From assembly GCA_963663805.2 (NCBI GenBank), contig CAXXMR010000015.1:1-64000 (forward strand): a DNA stretch of 64,000 bases, in the 5' to 3' direction. Below are positions 30,151-42,420 of the stretch, in pieces. The DNA is from Sedimentisphaerales bacterium (GTDB taxonomy: Bacteria; Planctomycetota; Phycisphaerae; Sedimentisphaerales; SM23-30). The stretch's first letter is position 1. Each line of letters begins with the position of its first letter. Made by a program: the position numbers and the translations under genes. The notes beneath the pieces were generated by a model, which was given only the letters and a program-made list of their open reading frames with translations, was not told the DNA's origin and searched no databases.

Positions 30151-30941
30151 CTATCTTCTTGGATTTGGCCACCAAGAATCCCGTGAAACACCACTTGAAT
30201 CTGAATGTATGAAAACCGCCAGATCGTCAAATTCCACCCATTCGGCACGGCCGTCAGTGAAAGCGGCAGGCTGCCCCGGAGGCTCTTCCATGCCTTTGGT
30301 ATTTACCGGGTGATTGTATTCCCATCTGCCCCAGGACACATATCGATAATTTGAACAGCCAATAATCGCCATGTTGGAAGAGGCTTCACTGGTCTTGAGA
30401 GGCGGAATAAATTCTTTATGGCCAAACTCGACACTACCCCATGTTTCAATACTAATGTTTTTCATCAAATCCAGTGTATAACCAACATAGACGAGATAAT
30501 CACCCACAAATAAATCTGTCGCATCGGTTACTTCTTCAAATGATTTGCCGCGGTTGGCATTTTTGAAGCGGGGCAGAACGTATACTGCGAATCTCCCAGA
30601 TACGGTTCCAGCCAGACATCAATGTAACTCCAGTTTTGATTCAAGGTATTGTGATAATATTGCGGTGAATTTCGCCCCGGACTACCCTCGGGCCTGTAAT
30701 TGCCCAATGAACTGCGGTTGTAGCGGTAGGGAAAACTGTCGCGATTATCAGTAGCGTAAAGCAGAGTGGAAAGACCCCACTGATGGCAATTACTGAGGCA
30801 AACAACTTTTTTGGCCTCTTCCCTGGCTTTGCCCAGTGCCGGCAGTAAAATTGACACCAGCAATGCAATTATGGCCACAACGACCAATAGTTCAACGAGA
30901 GTAAAGCCATGTGGGTTTAATTGACCTGTTTTGTTACGCAA
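30151..30941 (-). pseudogene. Prepilin-type N-terminal cleavage/methylation (DUF1559-like) protein, frameshifted near 30560
   Basis: [33 protein letters not shown] lies in a second frame; one extra A in an A5 run fuses the frames. Confidence 0.8.
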
Positions 30942-31265
30942 AACAACAACCTCCTGATGAAAAAATAAAGTTTTTTTCATCTTTAAGAAACAAAAAACAT
31001 TTGAATTGCCGCAAGCCGACAAATTATTATCCAATCAACTCAAATACATTGTACTATCGATTCCCTGGGCAAACAAGCCCTCAGTAAGGCATAAAAAAAC
31101 AACTATTCCGACTTGGACGCCCTATAACTTAAAAAAAACCGGCTCTAAAAGAGTTTTAAAAGCGTTATTTTGGCAATATTTCCAAATCCAGGCGATTTTA
31201 TTGGAAAAACGAAACTAAAACGACCTAGCATTTCAAATTTTATCTCACAAAAAAGCCTTTTAGGG

Positions 31266-31295
31266 TTGACAAACGACGTCGAAAATGAGTATAAT
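31266..31295 (+). promoter_or_regulatory. Sigma70-type promoter
   Basis: TTGACA-N18-TATAAT about 50 nt upstream of the AraC gene. Confidence 0.75.
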
Positions 31296-31343
31296 TCGGC
31301 TCCAATCAACTTACCTTTTTAGTTTTATGTTACGAGGTTTTTT

Positions 31344-32180
31344 ATGGTGCCTAGTGCTTTAAATTTTGATGTACAGCAGGAAGTCCAGCTTTGGGATGCG
31401 GGCCTTTTTGTCTCCCGGGGAACAGGCAAACACGCCGACCGCATAATGGACCACTGGGAACTGATATTTGTTAGAAGCGGCGTATTGAGAATAAGGGAAG
31501 ATGGGCAGGATTTCACCGTCAATAAAAATCAAAGCCTGATATTATGGCCGGGAAAAAAACATGAGGGGATAGGTGTTTTCCCTAAAGACCTTTCTTTTTA
31601 CTGGATACACTTTACAATCCCCGAAACAAAAAATGCGAAAAATAAAAAAATCTTGACCATACCACGGCTGGCATACCCGCAACGTCCTACAGTGTTCCTG
31701 GAATTGTTTCACCGACTCATAGGGGACATGAAAGAAAACGCTATTGATGATGTCTCCGCCAGCCTCATCACAAAACTGATACTATGGGAAGCATCCAGAA
31801 TAAGACACACGTTTTCCGAAGAAGAAAACGCCATGGCCGCCTTGGCTAAAAAAGTGAATAAATACATACTGGCTCACTGCCACAAACCAGTCTCTACCAG
31901 CATGATAGCTGCTGATTTGATGTATAATCCCGATTACCTGAATCGGGCCTTTAAACAAACTTACGGCAAATCCATAACAGAAGCGATTCTGCATGAAAAA
32001 ATAGAAGAATCCTGTGAACTGCTCAGAGAGAGCAATCTGAACATTAACGAGATTTCCCAAAGTTGCGGCTTCAGCAATGTGAGTTATTTCAGAAGAGTGT
32101 TCAAAAAAAACAAGGGTGTAACCCCGCTTACATATAGGAAATTCCACGACCAGGACCAAATTAGTTGGAGATGTACCTGA
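31344..32180 (+). CDS. AraC-family regulator
   Basis: Cupin N-terminus; CGFSNVSYFRRVFKK..GVTP. Confidence 0.93.
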   Translation: MVPSALNFDVQQEVQLWDAGLFVSRGTGKHADRIMDHWELIFVRSGVLRIREDGQDFTVNKNQSLILWPGKKHEGIGVFPKDLSFYWIHFTIPETKNAKNKKILTIPRLAYPQRPTVFLELFHRLIGDMKENAIDDVSASLITKLILWEASRIRHTFSEEENAMAALAKKVNKYILAHCHKPVSTSMIAADLMYNPDYLNRAFKQTYGKSITEAILHEKIEESCELLRESNLNINEISQSCGFSNVSYFRRVFKKNKGVTPLTYRKFHDQDQISWRCT

Positions 32181-32194
32181 TAGTACGAAGTATT

Positions 32195-34401
32195 ATGAAA
32201 AGAATGTCTTTTTCCATAAATCGCAATTGGCTTTTTAGTAAATACAAAAAAAACTCATACAAGCCTGATTTTGACGATTCCGGTTTCGACAAGATCACCC
32301 TGCCCCATACAAACAAATTGTTTCCCTGGCATAGTTTCGACGAAAAAGACTATCAATTTACCTCTGTCTACAGAAGGCCGCTAAAAATTCAATCCGGCTG
32401 GAAAAGCAAAAGAGTATTCGTCGATTTCGAAGGCGTAATGACTGCCGCAGATGTATTTATCAACGGCAAAAAAGCGGGCTCTCATAAGGGAGGATTCACC
32501 AGCTTCAGCATCGAACTGACAAAACACATCAATTTCGGCGGCAAAAAATCTTTTGGCAGTCAAAGTCGACTCCAGAGAATTACCCGATGTGCCGCCCTTT
32601 GGCAGCCGTCTCGATTATATGGCTTTTGGCGGAATCTATCGGGAAGCATCAGATAAGGATCGTAGGGAAGGAATACATAAAAAATATTCTTGCGGTCTCA
32701 CTAAATGCGACAACAAACCCCAAGCTCCAAATAGACTATGAACTGGAAATTACCCCAAAAAACGTATCTGGATATGCCTTAAACGTCGAAATAAAAAACA
32801 AAAGCGGAAAGTCTGTTTGCAATCAAAACTTGCAAATAGAAAATGAGATAGGCAGTATTACAGTTAAGAACCTTAAAAGGATCAAGCTCTGGAATATTAA
32901 AAATCCTCATCTCTATGATGTAGAAGTTCATCTCCTTAAAAAAGGAAAAGTAATTGATGATTATGCTTTCAGGACCGGATTTCGCGAATGCAGATTCAAA
33001 AGAACCGGATTTTACCTTAACAATAAACGAATCAAGCTGATCGGCATGAACCGGCATCAGACTTTTCCGTACATTGGCGCCGCCGGGCCGGCTAAGCTGC
33101 AACAGGTTGACGCTGAAATAATCAAAAACGACCTCAAATGCAACATCGTAAGGACAAGCCATTACCCTCAGTCCCAGCATTTCCTTAATCGTTGCGACGA
33201 AATAGGACTATTGGTTTTTGAAGAAATGCCCGGTTGGCAGCATGTCGGCGATGACAAATGGAAAGAGCTGGCATATCAATCCATCGAAGAAATGATCGAA
33301 ACAGATGCCCACCACCCATCCATAATCATCTGGGGAGTAAGGGTCAATGAATCCAAAGATGATGACGAATTCTATGCCAAAACAAATGCTATAGCTCACA
33401 ATCTGGACATCTCACGGCAAACCGGCGGAGTACGAAAGTGCTTCAGCTCAAGGTTACTTGAGGATGTTTTTACGATAAATGATTTTAACATGACACAAAT
33501 CCAACCGCCGAACCACGACAGATATTTCGTCACCGAATTTTGCGGACACATGTATCCGGTCAAAACCTATGACAATATCCATACCCAGACCCAGCTCTGC
33601 CTGTATCACGCAGAAATCATTAATGAAATTAACACCCTACAACAACATGCCGGCGGCATAGCCTGGTCAGCATTCGACTATAACACCCATGCGGATTTCG
33701 GTTCAGGCAACAGAGTTTGCCACCATGGTATGCATGACATGTTCAGAACCCCGAAACCGGTTGCTTTTTTCTATAAAAGCCAGTGTTCTCCTGATGACGA
33801 AATCGTTCTGGAACCGGCATTCTACTGGTGTATCGGTGATTGGCCCAACGGAGGTCTGCCTGACGCATTGTTTATGTCAAATTGCGATGTATTAAAAATA
33901 TATCTGGATAACAAATTCAAAGTCAAAGAATATCCCAAAAAAGACATGTTCCCGCACTTAAAACATCCGCCGTTTATCTGCAAAAACATCTCCGAAAATT
34001 GGGGCAAAAAACTGCTCGAATTAAAGGTCGAAGGATACGTAAAAGGAAAGAAGGTTATAACAAGAAAATTTTCATCTAAAGGCATAGACAGCAAGTTAAA
34101 TGTTATCTTGGACCATAACACTCTGATCGCCAACGGCGCAGACATGACAAGACTGGCCTTTACGGTAACGGATCAATACGACAACATAAGATTTTCAACC
34201 AGCGGTGTGATTTGCATAGATATAAACGGACCGGCAGAGATTATTGGAGACAATCCGTTTGCCCTGTCCGGCGGCAGGGGATCTGTATATATAAAATCCA
34301 GGCAAAAACCTGGAACCATAAAAATAAAAATCTCACATCCCGTGCTGGGCAGCCAAATAGTGAAAATGACAGTTCTGCCAAGCCAAAAGGAGAAAGTGTA
34401 G
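32195..34401 (+). pseudogene. GH2 beta-galactosidase-like gene, split over three frames
   Basis: FEGVMT, FGGIYRE, GMNRHQ, RTSHYP, WGVRVNES, TEF; +1 shifts near 32545 and 32645. Confidence 0.85.
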
Positions 34402-34597
34402 GCCCTTCAAAATGCACCATTCACCAAAAAGCTCTGAATAGTTGTCTTTTTATACACAACAGCTTCTTGTTTCCTGGTTATGAAATATAGTACAATAGAG
34501 CAGTTGAGAATTTGCGTGTGTAAGGAAAATAGACCGATATGCCAAATCATTTATTTATCCCGTAACTCCTAATTTCGCCATTAGCAAAGATGTAAAA

Positions 34598-36241
34598 TTG
34601 AAAATACTACATTATAAACCACTAAATACAAATATTTATTTTGTAGTCCTTGCTATCTCATGCGTTATGGGTCATGCGTTTGCAGAGCCAAATCAAGCAG
34701 GCGAAAAGATTAAGCCGCCCTTTACGGTCTTATACAGTAACGATACCACTAATACCATGGCTTGCTCAAGTTCTTTTCATGAGCGAGGACAGGATTTCAA
34801 GATGTCAATGCTGGAGGCGACTGTTGACGAGACTGCCGGAACAGGTGTGCAGGTACACATGCTTCAGCCGGGTTTTACCTGGGTGCCTTTCTGGCAAAGC
34901 AAAATATTACCGGCTCAAGAACACCTGGCCTGGTGGAAAGAATATACCGGACAAGACAAATCCGGTCCTTTCATGAAAAAAGTTGTCCAAGGCCAGGATT
35001 TCATAGCGTCTTTTGTCAACAGTTGTAATAAAAATGACATTACTCCCTTTATATCATTAAGACTGAACGATGGCCATAGACTGGAAAGTATAAATGATCC
35101 GAGATATGATTATGATATCTTTATCAGCAAATTCTATATCGATCATCCAGAATATCGAATTGGAACTAACCTGAACAGTTGGGATGAGCATGTCCACAAC
35201 TGGGCAATACCTGAAGTACGCCAATACAAATTTGCTATGATAGAAGAGGTGTGCCAAAACTATAAATTTGCCGGCCTGGAGCTGGACCTGATGAGGCACC
35301 CGGTCTTGTTCAATCTCAATCAAACAACGGCGCAGGAACGCAAAGAGATAATGACTAATTTTATAAAAAGAATTAGTTGTTTACTTGAAGAAACCTCCGA
35401 GATGGGAAAGCGCCGTTGGCTATGCGTGAGAATCCCTTTGTACATTGAAGTTTATGACAGACTGGGTATTGATTTGCCCGAATGGGTAAAAGCTGGCGTT
35501 GATATGGTGAACGCGTCGGGATATTTTTTTACCGACCAACAGGGTGACTTGAGCAAGATAAACGAAATGATTCCCTACGCGGCAAAATATCTTGAGATGA
35601 CATATTGTGCTGCCGTGGGGCCTACCCTGGTCAAAGCTTATGATGGCTGGATCCCCCGCAGAGCAACTGACGAAATGCTTTATACCACTGCCCATCTGGC
35701 GTATTCCCGCAATTTTACGGGCGTAAGTTTATTTAATTTTGCTTATTATAGAAAACATGGCCGCGGCGACAGAGCTAATTTTACTGAGCCGCCGTTTCAT
35801 GTTTTAAAAAATATTGGAAATAAAGAATGGCTCAGCAAACAGAAACAACACTATTTCATAGGCGAAATTTGGAACAATCCCAAAATTTCATCCCGGCCTA
35901 TGCCCCAAATATTGAAGCTGAATAAGCCCGTTCACTTTGACATCGATATGGCGCCTCCTTCGGCAGGGTGGAAAAAAGATGGACATCTAAGAATCCAGAG
36001 TGACCAGGTCTGGCAAAAGCAAAAATTGCAAGTGTCCTGGAATAAAACCAGATTACAATCGTCAACAAATGTCGCGGAACCATATCCAACACCCTATAAG
36101 ACGGGCAATGGTAAACCGGGACAGTATAAAGCATATACGGTGCCCAAAGAAATTTTGTCTGACGGCATAAACCAAATAGAAGTTATACTAACAGAGGGCA
36201 AAGGCCGGAAAATTATATATCTGGACCTGACAGTTGAATAA
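34598..36241 (+). CDS. GHL10-like protein, paralogue 3
   Basis: SNDTTN, FISLRLNDGH, NWAIPEVR, GLELDLMRH. Confidence 0.65.
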   Translation: MKILHYKPLNTNIYFVVLAISCVMGHAFAEPNQAGEKIKPPFTVLYSNDTTNTMACSSSFHERGQDFKMSMLEATVDETAGTGVQVHMLQPGFTWVPFWQSKILPAQEHLAWWKEYTGQDKSGPFMKKVVQGQDFIASFVNSCNKNDITPFISLRLNDGHRLESINDPRYDYDIFISKFYIDHPEYRIGTNLNSWDEHVHNWAIPEVRQYKFAMIEEVCQNYKFAGLELDLMRHPVLFNLNQTTAQERKEIMTNFIKRISCLLEETSEMGKRRWLCVRIPLYIEVYDRLGIDLPEWVKAGVDMVNASGYFFTDQQGDLSKINEMIPYAAKYLEMTYCAAVGPTLVKAYDGWIPRRATDEMLYTTAHLAYSRNFTGVSLFNFAYYRKHGRGDRANFTEPPFHVLKNIGNKEWLSKQKQHYFIGEIWNNPKISSRPMPQILKLNKPVHFDIDMAPPSAGWKKDGHLRIQSDQVWQKQKLQVSWNKTRLQSSTNVAEPYPTPYKTGNGKPGQYKAYTVPKEILSDGINQIEVILTEGKGRKIIYLDLTVE

Positions 36242-36254
36242 AATTTTCAGGAAA

Positions 36255-38663
36255 ATGAAAAATATGTTAAACAAAACATTATTCAGTGTGTTATTGATTT
36301 TAATATTACAGGTTTCTGTGGTTGCTGAATCGATTCCCTATTCATCAAATTTCCTCATTAGCAACAGTGGTTTTTCAGTCATTGAAACATCATCTGGAAG
36401 TATCGCTCTTTCCAGAGTATACAATGATTTTTCGTTCTGCCTGAAGGTCTCTGCCGCCAGTTCCGCCACCGGTAAGGCCGGCGTTTCGATTGACCGGTCA
36501 TCAGGATTATCCTGGGCCACACATCTGGCCGATTGGTGGAAAATAGAACTGAAAGCTAAAACAAATATCACCCAGGGCACCGCCAGACTAGGAATAAAGT
36601 GCGTTGACGAAAACGAAAACCTGATTACCTTAATAGACCTGGGCGAAATCCCCTACAGCTCAACAGCTCAGCAATTGACCTTCCTGGCCGGAGTGCCTGT
36701 TGTTGCTCCAGACCGAATAACTTATGAAGACCACGCCTATCTTTCAGTGATACTCGACAATGCCCAGGGTGATGTTTGGCTCAGTAATGTAAATATTACT
36801 CATTATGAAATGTCTGAATCTGAAATAGAACAATGGAACGTCTCCGGCCCGGTAGATTTTGGCGGACAACCTTGGAACGATCCTGCCTATGAGCCAATTG
36901 ACTCGGAAGACCCCGTCCTGGCAGATACCGGCCATAAACTCCTGGTTGCGGCAGGTGTCACCAAAATGAGAATGCTTATGTATTGGGGCCAGGATAGGCC
37001 GCTGGATGACCTGCCCGTAATAGAATACGAAGAAGATGTGTATAACTTTGAACAGGTCGATGCACTTATCGATGATTTGGAGCAGTATGGAGCGGGAGTG
37101 GGTTTTGCAACTATTACCGGCCTTCCCACCGAATGGGACTTCGACATGTCCGACTACTGCGAAATGGTCTATGAAGTAGTAAGTCATTTTAAGAACCGCA
37201 TAAAAATCTGGGAAGTCTTCAATGAGCCCGACGGCTATGGCCTGGTAACAATTGACGAATATCCCGAATACCTCAGAAATTTTTACCAAGTTGCTAAATC
37301 CGCCGACCCGGATTGTATCGTACTATGCGGCAGAGTCGGTCCCTGGCTGCCCTACCTTATGGCTGATGGCGAAATCATACCCTATATGGACGGCCTGGCA
37401 ACTCACCCATACCCGGGAACCGAACAACCTTTCGAAAGGGTAATTACCAATATTCGTGCTTGCCAAAAAGCAATGATGGTAGCCGGAATTCAAAAGCCGA
37501 TCTATGTTACAGAACTTGGCTTTAGTGCTGGAGGAAGCTGGCCGGGACCAGGAGGCTACCGGACAGAAACTATTAAAGCGCAAGGCATCTATGAAGTCTT
37601 TCCCGAACTGGCACAACTGACAAATCACATATCCTGGTATATGCCAATATACGCAGGAAGAAGATACAGCCTGATTAAATCAGAGCCAGACAAATATGTG
37701 CCCCAGGATGCCTATTGGGCCTATGGCCAGGTTTCCGGACACCTTGGCAGCAACTGTCCTGTCTCTGTCAGTATAAATAGTCAAGGGACCCTCACCAACT
37801 GGGCGGAGGAATTCGTGACTATCTCCGCAACAAATGATTCAGGTGTCAACCAAGATATAAAATTCTGGCCCGTAGGCTTTGTCCCCAATATAGGCTACGA
37901 TGCCGTAGAACAGATTCAACAATACGAATGGCAGGGAACATTATCTCCCGGCCAGACACACACTGAAACAATTCCTGTTTTACCCAACCATTTGGCTCAA
38001 GGAAGATATCCTGTGGGAGTGGCGATCATTACGGAACAAGGATATGAAAACGCCGTCGCTTTGAATGACTTGTGGATTGAAACAATCGCAGCCCAAAGCG
38101 CCGTTTCGTCCTCTTATAGCAATTCGAATGATGGCATCCTCTTTGCTGTCAATGACCTGCTGGCCCCTGATTGGGCCTTCGATGAAAGCACGCCATATCT
38201 AAGCTGGCTTGGTCATGAAGGAACCACAGAATGGCTGCAATATGATTTTCAACAAACTCAAAACATCTACGGCTTGGAAATCTACTGGCTTGACGATACA
38301 GAGCCCAAATATCCATTTAAGAGTTGGGACTATGACACATATAGAATACCCCAAAGTTGGTATGTCGAGTACTGGAACGGCAACGCCTGGCAGCAGATAA
38401 CCGATACTTCCGGCTACTATTCTCGCCGGGGGCAGTTCAACAGCGTTACCTTCGACCCTCTGCAAACCGATAAAATTAGGGTTCTTGCAAATCTGAAATC
38501 CGGATATTCCGGCGGCATCTACGAATGCAGAGTACTCAGTAAATTTGATACTTGTGCTAGAGCGATAGAACCAATGCCCTCCGATATAGACAGCAATTGC
38601 ATTGTTGATATGTTTGATTTAATAGAGTTGTTTTCAAACTGGTTACAAAGCACCAATCCATAA
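36255..38663 (+). CDS. Clan GH-A glycosidase (GH5/GH39-like) + discoidin-like domain + dockerin-like tail
   Basis: WEVFNEPD acid/base, HPY, IYVTELG nucleophile; EWLQYDF; DIDSNCIVDMFDL. Confidence 0.75.
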   Translation: MKNMLNKTLFSVLLILILQVSVVAESIPYSSNFLISNSGFSVIETSSGSIALSRVYNDFSFCLKVSAASSATGKAGVSIDRSSGLSWATHLADWWKIELKAKTNITQGTARLGIKCVDENENLITLIDLGEIPYSSTAQQLTFLAGVPVVAPDRITYEDHAYLSVILDNAQGDVWLSNVNITHYEMSESEIEQWNVSGPVDFGGQPWNDPAYEPIDSEDPVLADTGHKLLVAAGVTKMRMLMYWGQDRPLDDLPVIEYEEDVYNFEQVDALIDDLEQYGAGVGFATITGLPTEWDFDMSDYCEMVYEVVSHFKNRIKIWEVFNEPDGYGLVTIDEYPEYLRNFYQVAKSADPDCIVLCGRVGPWLPYLMADGEIIPYMDGLATHPYPGTEQPFERVITNIRACQKAMMVAGIQKPIYVTELGFSAGGSWPGPGGYRTETIKAQGIYEVFPELAQLTNHISWYMPIYAGRRYSLIKSEPDKYVPQDAYWAYGQVSGHLGSNCPVSVSINSQGTLTNWAEEFVTISATNDSGVNQDIKFWPVGFVPNIGYDAVEQIQQYEWQGTLSPGQTHTETIPVLPNHLAQGRYPVGVAIITEQGYENAVALNDLWIETIAAQSAVSSSYSNSNDGILFAVNDLLAPDWAFDESTPYLSWLGHEGTTEWLQYDFQQTQNIYGLEIYWLDDTEPKYPFKSWDYDTYRIPQSWYVEYWNGNAWQQITDTSGYYSRRGQFNSVTFDPLQTDKIRVLANLKSGYSGGIYECRVLSKFDTCARAIEPMPSDIDSNCIVDMFDLIELFSNWLQSTNP

Positions 38664-38718
38664 TCTTCAGGCAATAAGGTGCAACAAACTTGGAATGTTT
38701 GGCTTGGGAACGGAAAAA

Positions 38719-40695
38719 ATGTTAAAAATATCGATGAAAATAATAGTAATTTGTTTGATAATTTGCCCCCTGGTGTTAGCAAAATTACCGGAAACCGGAT
38801 TAGTTTTGCATTTGGATGCCAGCATCGGAATCATAACTGACGAGAATAACAGAATATTACAATGGCAGGATCAATCCGGCCAGAATAATCATGCTGTTGA
38901 TATTGACCTTATGGGGCAATTCGAAAGAGAAAAGCTTCCAGTATTGGAACAATATCTTATTAACGGCCTGCCCGCGGCTAGATTCGACGGTGTAGACGAC
39001 AGTCTCATTATATGGGATGACTCGGAAAACCTGAATATTGCTGTAGACCCTTTGGGCATAAACGGTAGCGACGGTCTGACAATATTCATTGTGGCTTATT
39101 TAGATAATTGGGAAGCACCCAATCAAAATAACAGGATATTTGGCAATACCGGTACTGACGTATTAGATTTTATTTTCACTTCGGACAGCCGTATTGCTTT
39201 TAGTACTTCGGTAGCCTCTGTCTGGGGAGACCCTGCCGCGGCCTATACCGGCTCTGAAGCCGGCATAATGCTGGCCGGAAGAATAAGGCCGGAAACCGCT
39301 AATAACAGAACACAGGTTGAAATGTGGCAGAATGGACAATTTCACAAATCAGCCTATGGCCCATTGGAGACAATTTCTAGTCAAAGCCCAAAATCGGTCG
39401 GCGCCTGTGAATACGAAGGTGTTTCCAGCAATTTCTTTCAGGGATGTATCGCCGAAGTTATTGTATACAATCGCCCCCTTAATGACACAGAAATGAACTG
39501 GCTCGGCTGTCACCTTTCCCGCAAGTACACCATCGTAACCGGCTATCAATCGGTAGAAACCGACATCCCTCAAACAGATCTTGTTCTCCATTTAAAAGCT
39601 GATGTCGGCGTAATAACCGGATCAGGCAGCACAGTTATAGAATGGCAGGATCAGTCCGGCCAAAACAATCATGCCGTTAGAATTGATAAGGACGGCCAAA
39701 TTCCCGCCGATAAATTACCGCTTATCGAGAACAGCGTTATGAATGGTATGCCGGTCCTCCGATTTGATGGCATAGATGACAATTTGATGATATGGGACGA
39801 TTCTGCAAATCCAAATGTGAACATTGATCCGCTGGGGCTGGAAGGCTCTTATGGCGCAACGGTTTTTGTGGTCGCTTATCTGGACAGTGGCACCGTACCT
39901 GACAGTACAAAAAGATTATTTGGAAATACCGGCCCGGATGTATTTAATATACAATTTCAGACTGGCGGCAGAAGTTCATTTTCTAATTCGGTAAAAGTTT
40001 TGTGGGGTGATGCAGCCTACCCATATAATGGTTCAGAAGGTGGAATAATGATAACTGGCAGGCTAAAGCCGGATTTCGTAAATGATATCTCACTGATAGA
40101 ACTATGGCAGGAAGGACAAGCCTACAGCTCTAGGTCTTCGACGCTTGAAGCCCTCGTTTGCCAAAGCCCCAAATCGGTTGGGGCCTGTGAGTACGCCGGA
40201 CTTTCGTACAATTTCTTTCAAGGCTGTATAGCTGAAATAATTGTTTACAAAAGGGACCTGAGCGAATTTGACATGAATTTTGTCGGAGATTATCTCAGCC
40301 AAAAATATACCTTGGGTGCAAATTATAGCAACCCTGATGCAAGCCATCATGTCTACATACAAACATTGCCACCAGGCATCAATACGGTATTTCCAAGACA
40401 GGGTCTCTACAATTGCTTCAACTTAACCACAATAAATTTAGAAGCCTATCCATCCGCATCATGTCCGGATACATACATCTTAGACAACTGGTCTGGCGGG
40501 GATATTTTGGACCAAAACGCCGCCTTTACAAAAGCAATAATTAGAACAAACACAACCATCACGGCAAATTTCACGCAAACCCAACAGTGTGGCGATGTAT
40601 GCCACCAATATCCTATTGGTGACATAAATCAAGATTGCATAGTAAATTTATATGACATAGCACTTTTGGCCGAAAATTTAATCATAGATTACTAA
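38719..40695 (+). CDS. Secreted tandem LamG-like protein with dockerin-like tail
   Basis: Two copies of LVLHL..WQDQSGQNNHAV..NFFQGCIAE; DINQDCIVNLYDI. Confidence 0.75.
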   Translation: MLKISMKIIVICLIICPLVLAKLPETGLVLHLDASIGIITDENNRILQWQDQSGQNNHAVDIDLMGQFEREKLPVLEQYLINGLPAARFDGVDDSLIIWDDSENLNIAVDPLGINGSDGLTIFIVAYLDNWEAPNQNNRIFGNTGTDVLDFIFTSDSRIAFSTSVASVWGDPAAAYTGSEAGIMLAGRIRPETANNRTQVEMWQNGQFHKSAYGPLETISSQSPKSVGACEYEGVSSNFFQGCIAEVIVYNRPLNDTEMNWLGCHLSRKYTIVTGYQSVETDIPQTDLVLHLKADVGVITGSGSTVIEWQDQSGQNNHAVRIDKDGQIPADKLPLIENSVMNGMPVLRFDGIDDNLMIWDDSANPNVNIDPLGLEGSYGATVFVVAYLDSGTVPDSTKRLFGNTGPDVFNIQFQTGGRSSFSNSVKVLWGDAAYPYNGSEGGIMITGRLKPDFVNDISLIELWQEGQAYSSRSSTLEALVCQSPKSVGACEYAGLSYNFFQGCIAEIIVYKRDLSEFDMNFVGDYLSQKYTLGANYSNPDASHHVYIQTLPPGINTVFPRQGLYNCFNLTTINLEAYPSASCPDTYILDNWSGGDILDQNAAFTKAIIRTNTTITANFTQTQQCGDVCHQYPIGDINQDCIVNLYDIALLAENLIIDY

Positions 40696-40722
40696 TATCG
40701 CGTAATAGGCAAATATCCATCT

Positions 40723-41079
40723 GTTACCGAAACGGTGAGTTTTCGGCAAGGCTGAAAAAAAGAATCTATTTTGGGGCGGCGGTGCTTTGGAGCCTATCGT
40801 TGTAGTTCCAGGGCATCCAGTCAGCCGGGGATGCTGTTGCGGCGTCGATGTGCTTTTGCAGTTGGGTGAGGTAACCGAACGGGTTGACTTTATTCAGTTC
40901 GCAGGTGTGGATCAGGCTCATGAACAGGTCGCCCACCCGGGCACCGTTGAGAGTTTTGTAGAAGCAGGCGTCCGGTGGAGAATCGCCTTCTTCAAGGCCC
41001 GTTCGCAGATATTATTATCCAGCGGCGCACCGGGCTGTCTCAGGAACAGCGTCAGTTTCTGCCAGTGCCGGAGCATATA
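40723..41079 (-). pseudogene. tnpC: IS66-family transposase 3' remnant
   Basis: YMLRHW..PLDNNICERALK, then shifted GDLFMSLIHTCELNKVNPFGYL..WMPWN. Confidence 0.8.
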
Positions 41080-41528
41080 GCGGTCCGCCTCATTGAGGGC
41101 CCGTTCGCCGTAGGCCTTGAGCATGACAGCTTCATCAGCCTGACCCGCTAAAGCTGCCGTGGCCAGCAGGATATTGCGGTCCAGCTGCGGGGCGGAGGTC
41201 TTTATCGCCGGGGCCGCCGGCCGGGCGGCCCGGAGTACCTCCAGTTCGCAATGGTTGATATCCCAACCGTTCTCAATAGCATTCGCTTCGATGTCGGGAT
41301 ATTCACCGTTACAAATCTTACGGATCGCCTGGATACGGCGGGTTTCGATGGCGATCCGCTGACGCATCTGGGCTACCGGATCGGGCTGCTTCGGGGCCTG
41401 AGCCTCGATCTTCTCGGGGACGGTTTGTTCGGTTTGCTCCTTTTCGTTTGGCACTTCGGTTTGTACCTCGGTTACGGCTTGCTCGTTTACCTGCTCTGTC
41501 TGAGTTTCATTCTGCACCGGTTCTGTCT
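41080..41528 (-). pseudogene. Internal fragment of a prophage head (protease/capsid) gene
   Basis: ETRRIQAIRKIC..IEANAIENGWD..ELEVLRAARP resembles planctomycete prophage head proteins; GC-rich like the prophage; abuts IS21. Confidence 0.6.
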
Positions 41529-41655
41529 TGGTGATTAGTATTGAAAATGGAGCCAGATTTGCATCGAAATCTGAGCCACTTAGGTTAGTAAAATAACGCC
41601 GATTTCGGCGTTGTCAATAGGGATTCTGGTCCTTTTTCGTTGGATTGAGGCTTTC

Positions 41656-42420
41656 TTAGCCTTCTTTTTTCCGTTTTTTCTCTAAACTCTGGTTAAGTCG
41701 CCAGCTGTCGGTTATGATTTCGACCACGCTCACATGGTGGGTCAGTCGGTCCAGCAGAGCACCGGCTAATCTTTCATCATCGCCAAAGACCTGGGGCCAA
41801 TCGGCGAATGGCAGATTCGTTGTTACGATCAGGCTGGTTTGTTCATAGCACTGGCTGAAAAAGCCGAACAGATGTTCCGCTCCGATACGGTCGAACGGGA
41901 CATAGCCCAGTTCATCGATGATGATCAGGTCGCATTTTTTTATATAGCTCTCTAATTTCAACACCGCTCTTTCCTGTCGGGCTTCGAGATACGTATTAAC
42001 CAGTTCAGCAGCGGTAAAAAACCGCACTTTATAACCTCGTCGGCAGGCTTCCCGGCCGAGGGCGATGGCCAGATGACTTTTACCCACGCCCGGCGGGCCG
42101 GTAAAGACGATATTACTGCGGCGGTCGATAAAGCCGCACATCGAAAGGTCGATAATCTGTTTTTTATTTATCTGCGGCACGGCCATAAAATCAAAACTTT
42201 CAAGTTCCTTAGTCATGGGGAAGTTTGCCTGTTTCAATCTCCTGGCGATGGCCTGCGACTGTCGATGAAAGACTTCGATTTCGGCCAGTCTTTGCAGGTA
42301 ACTTTCATAGGATTCGTTTGCCTGGGCGGATGCCCGGGCAATTGTCTGATACTCTTTTTGAATTGTCGGAAGCTTCAGGGTCTTGAGATAGCTTTTTAAT
42401 AAAACCATTGGATCTTTCAT
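41656..42420 (-). CDS. istB: IS21 helper ATPase
   Basis: Identical protein to 17756-18520. Confidence 0.95.
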   Translation of the reverse strand: MKDPMVLLKSYLKTLKLPTIQKEYQTIARASAQANESYESYLQRLAEIEVFHRQSQAIARRLKQANFPMTKELESFDFMAVPQINKKQIIDLSMCGFIDRRSNIVFTGPPGVGKSHLAIALGREACRRGYKVRFFTAAELVNTYLEARQERAVLKLESYIKKCDLIIIDELGYVPFDRIGAEHLFGFFSQCYEQTSLIVTTNLPFADWPQVFGDDERLAGALLDRLTHHVSVVEIITDSWRLNQSLEKKRKKEG

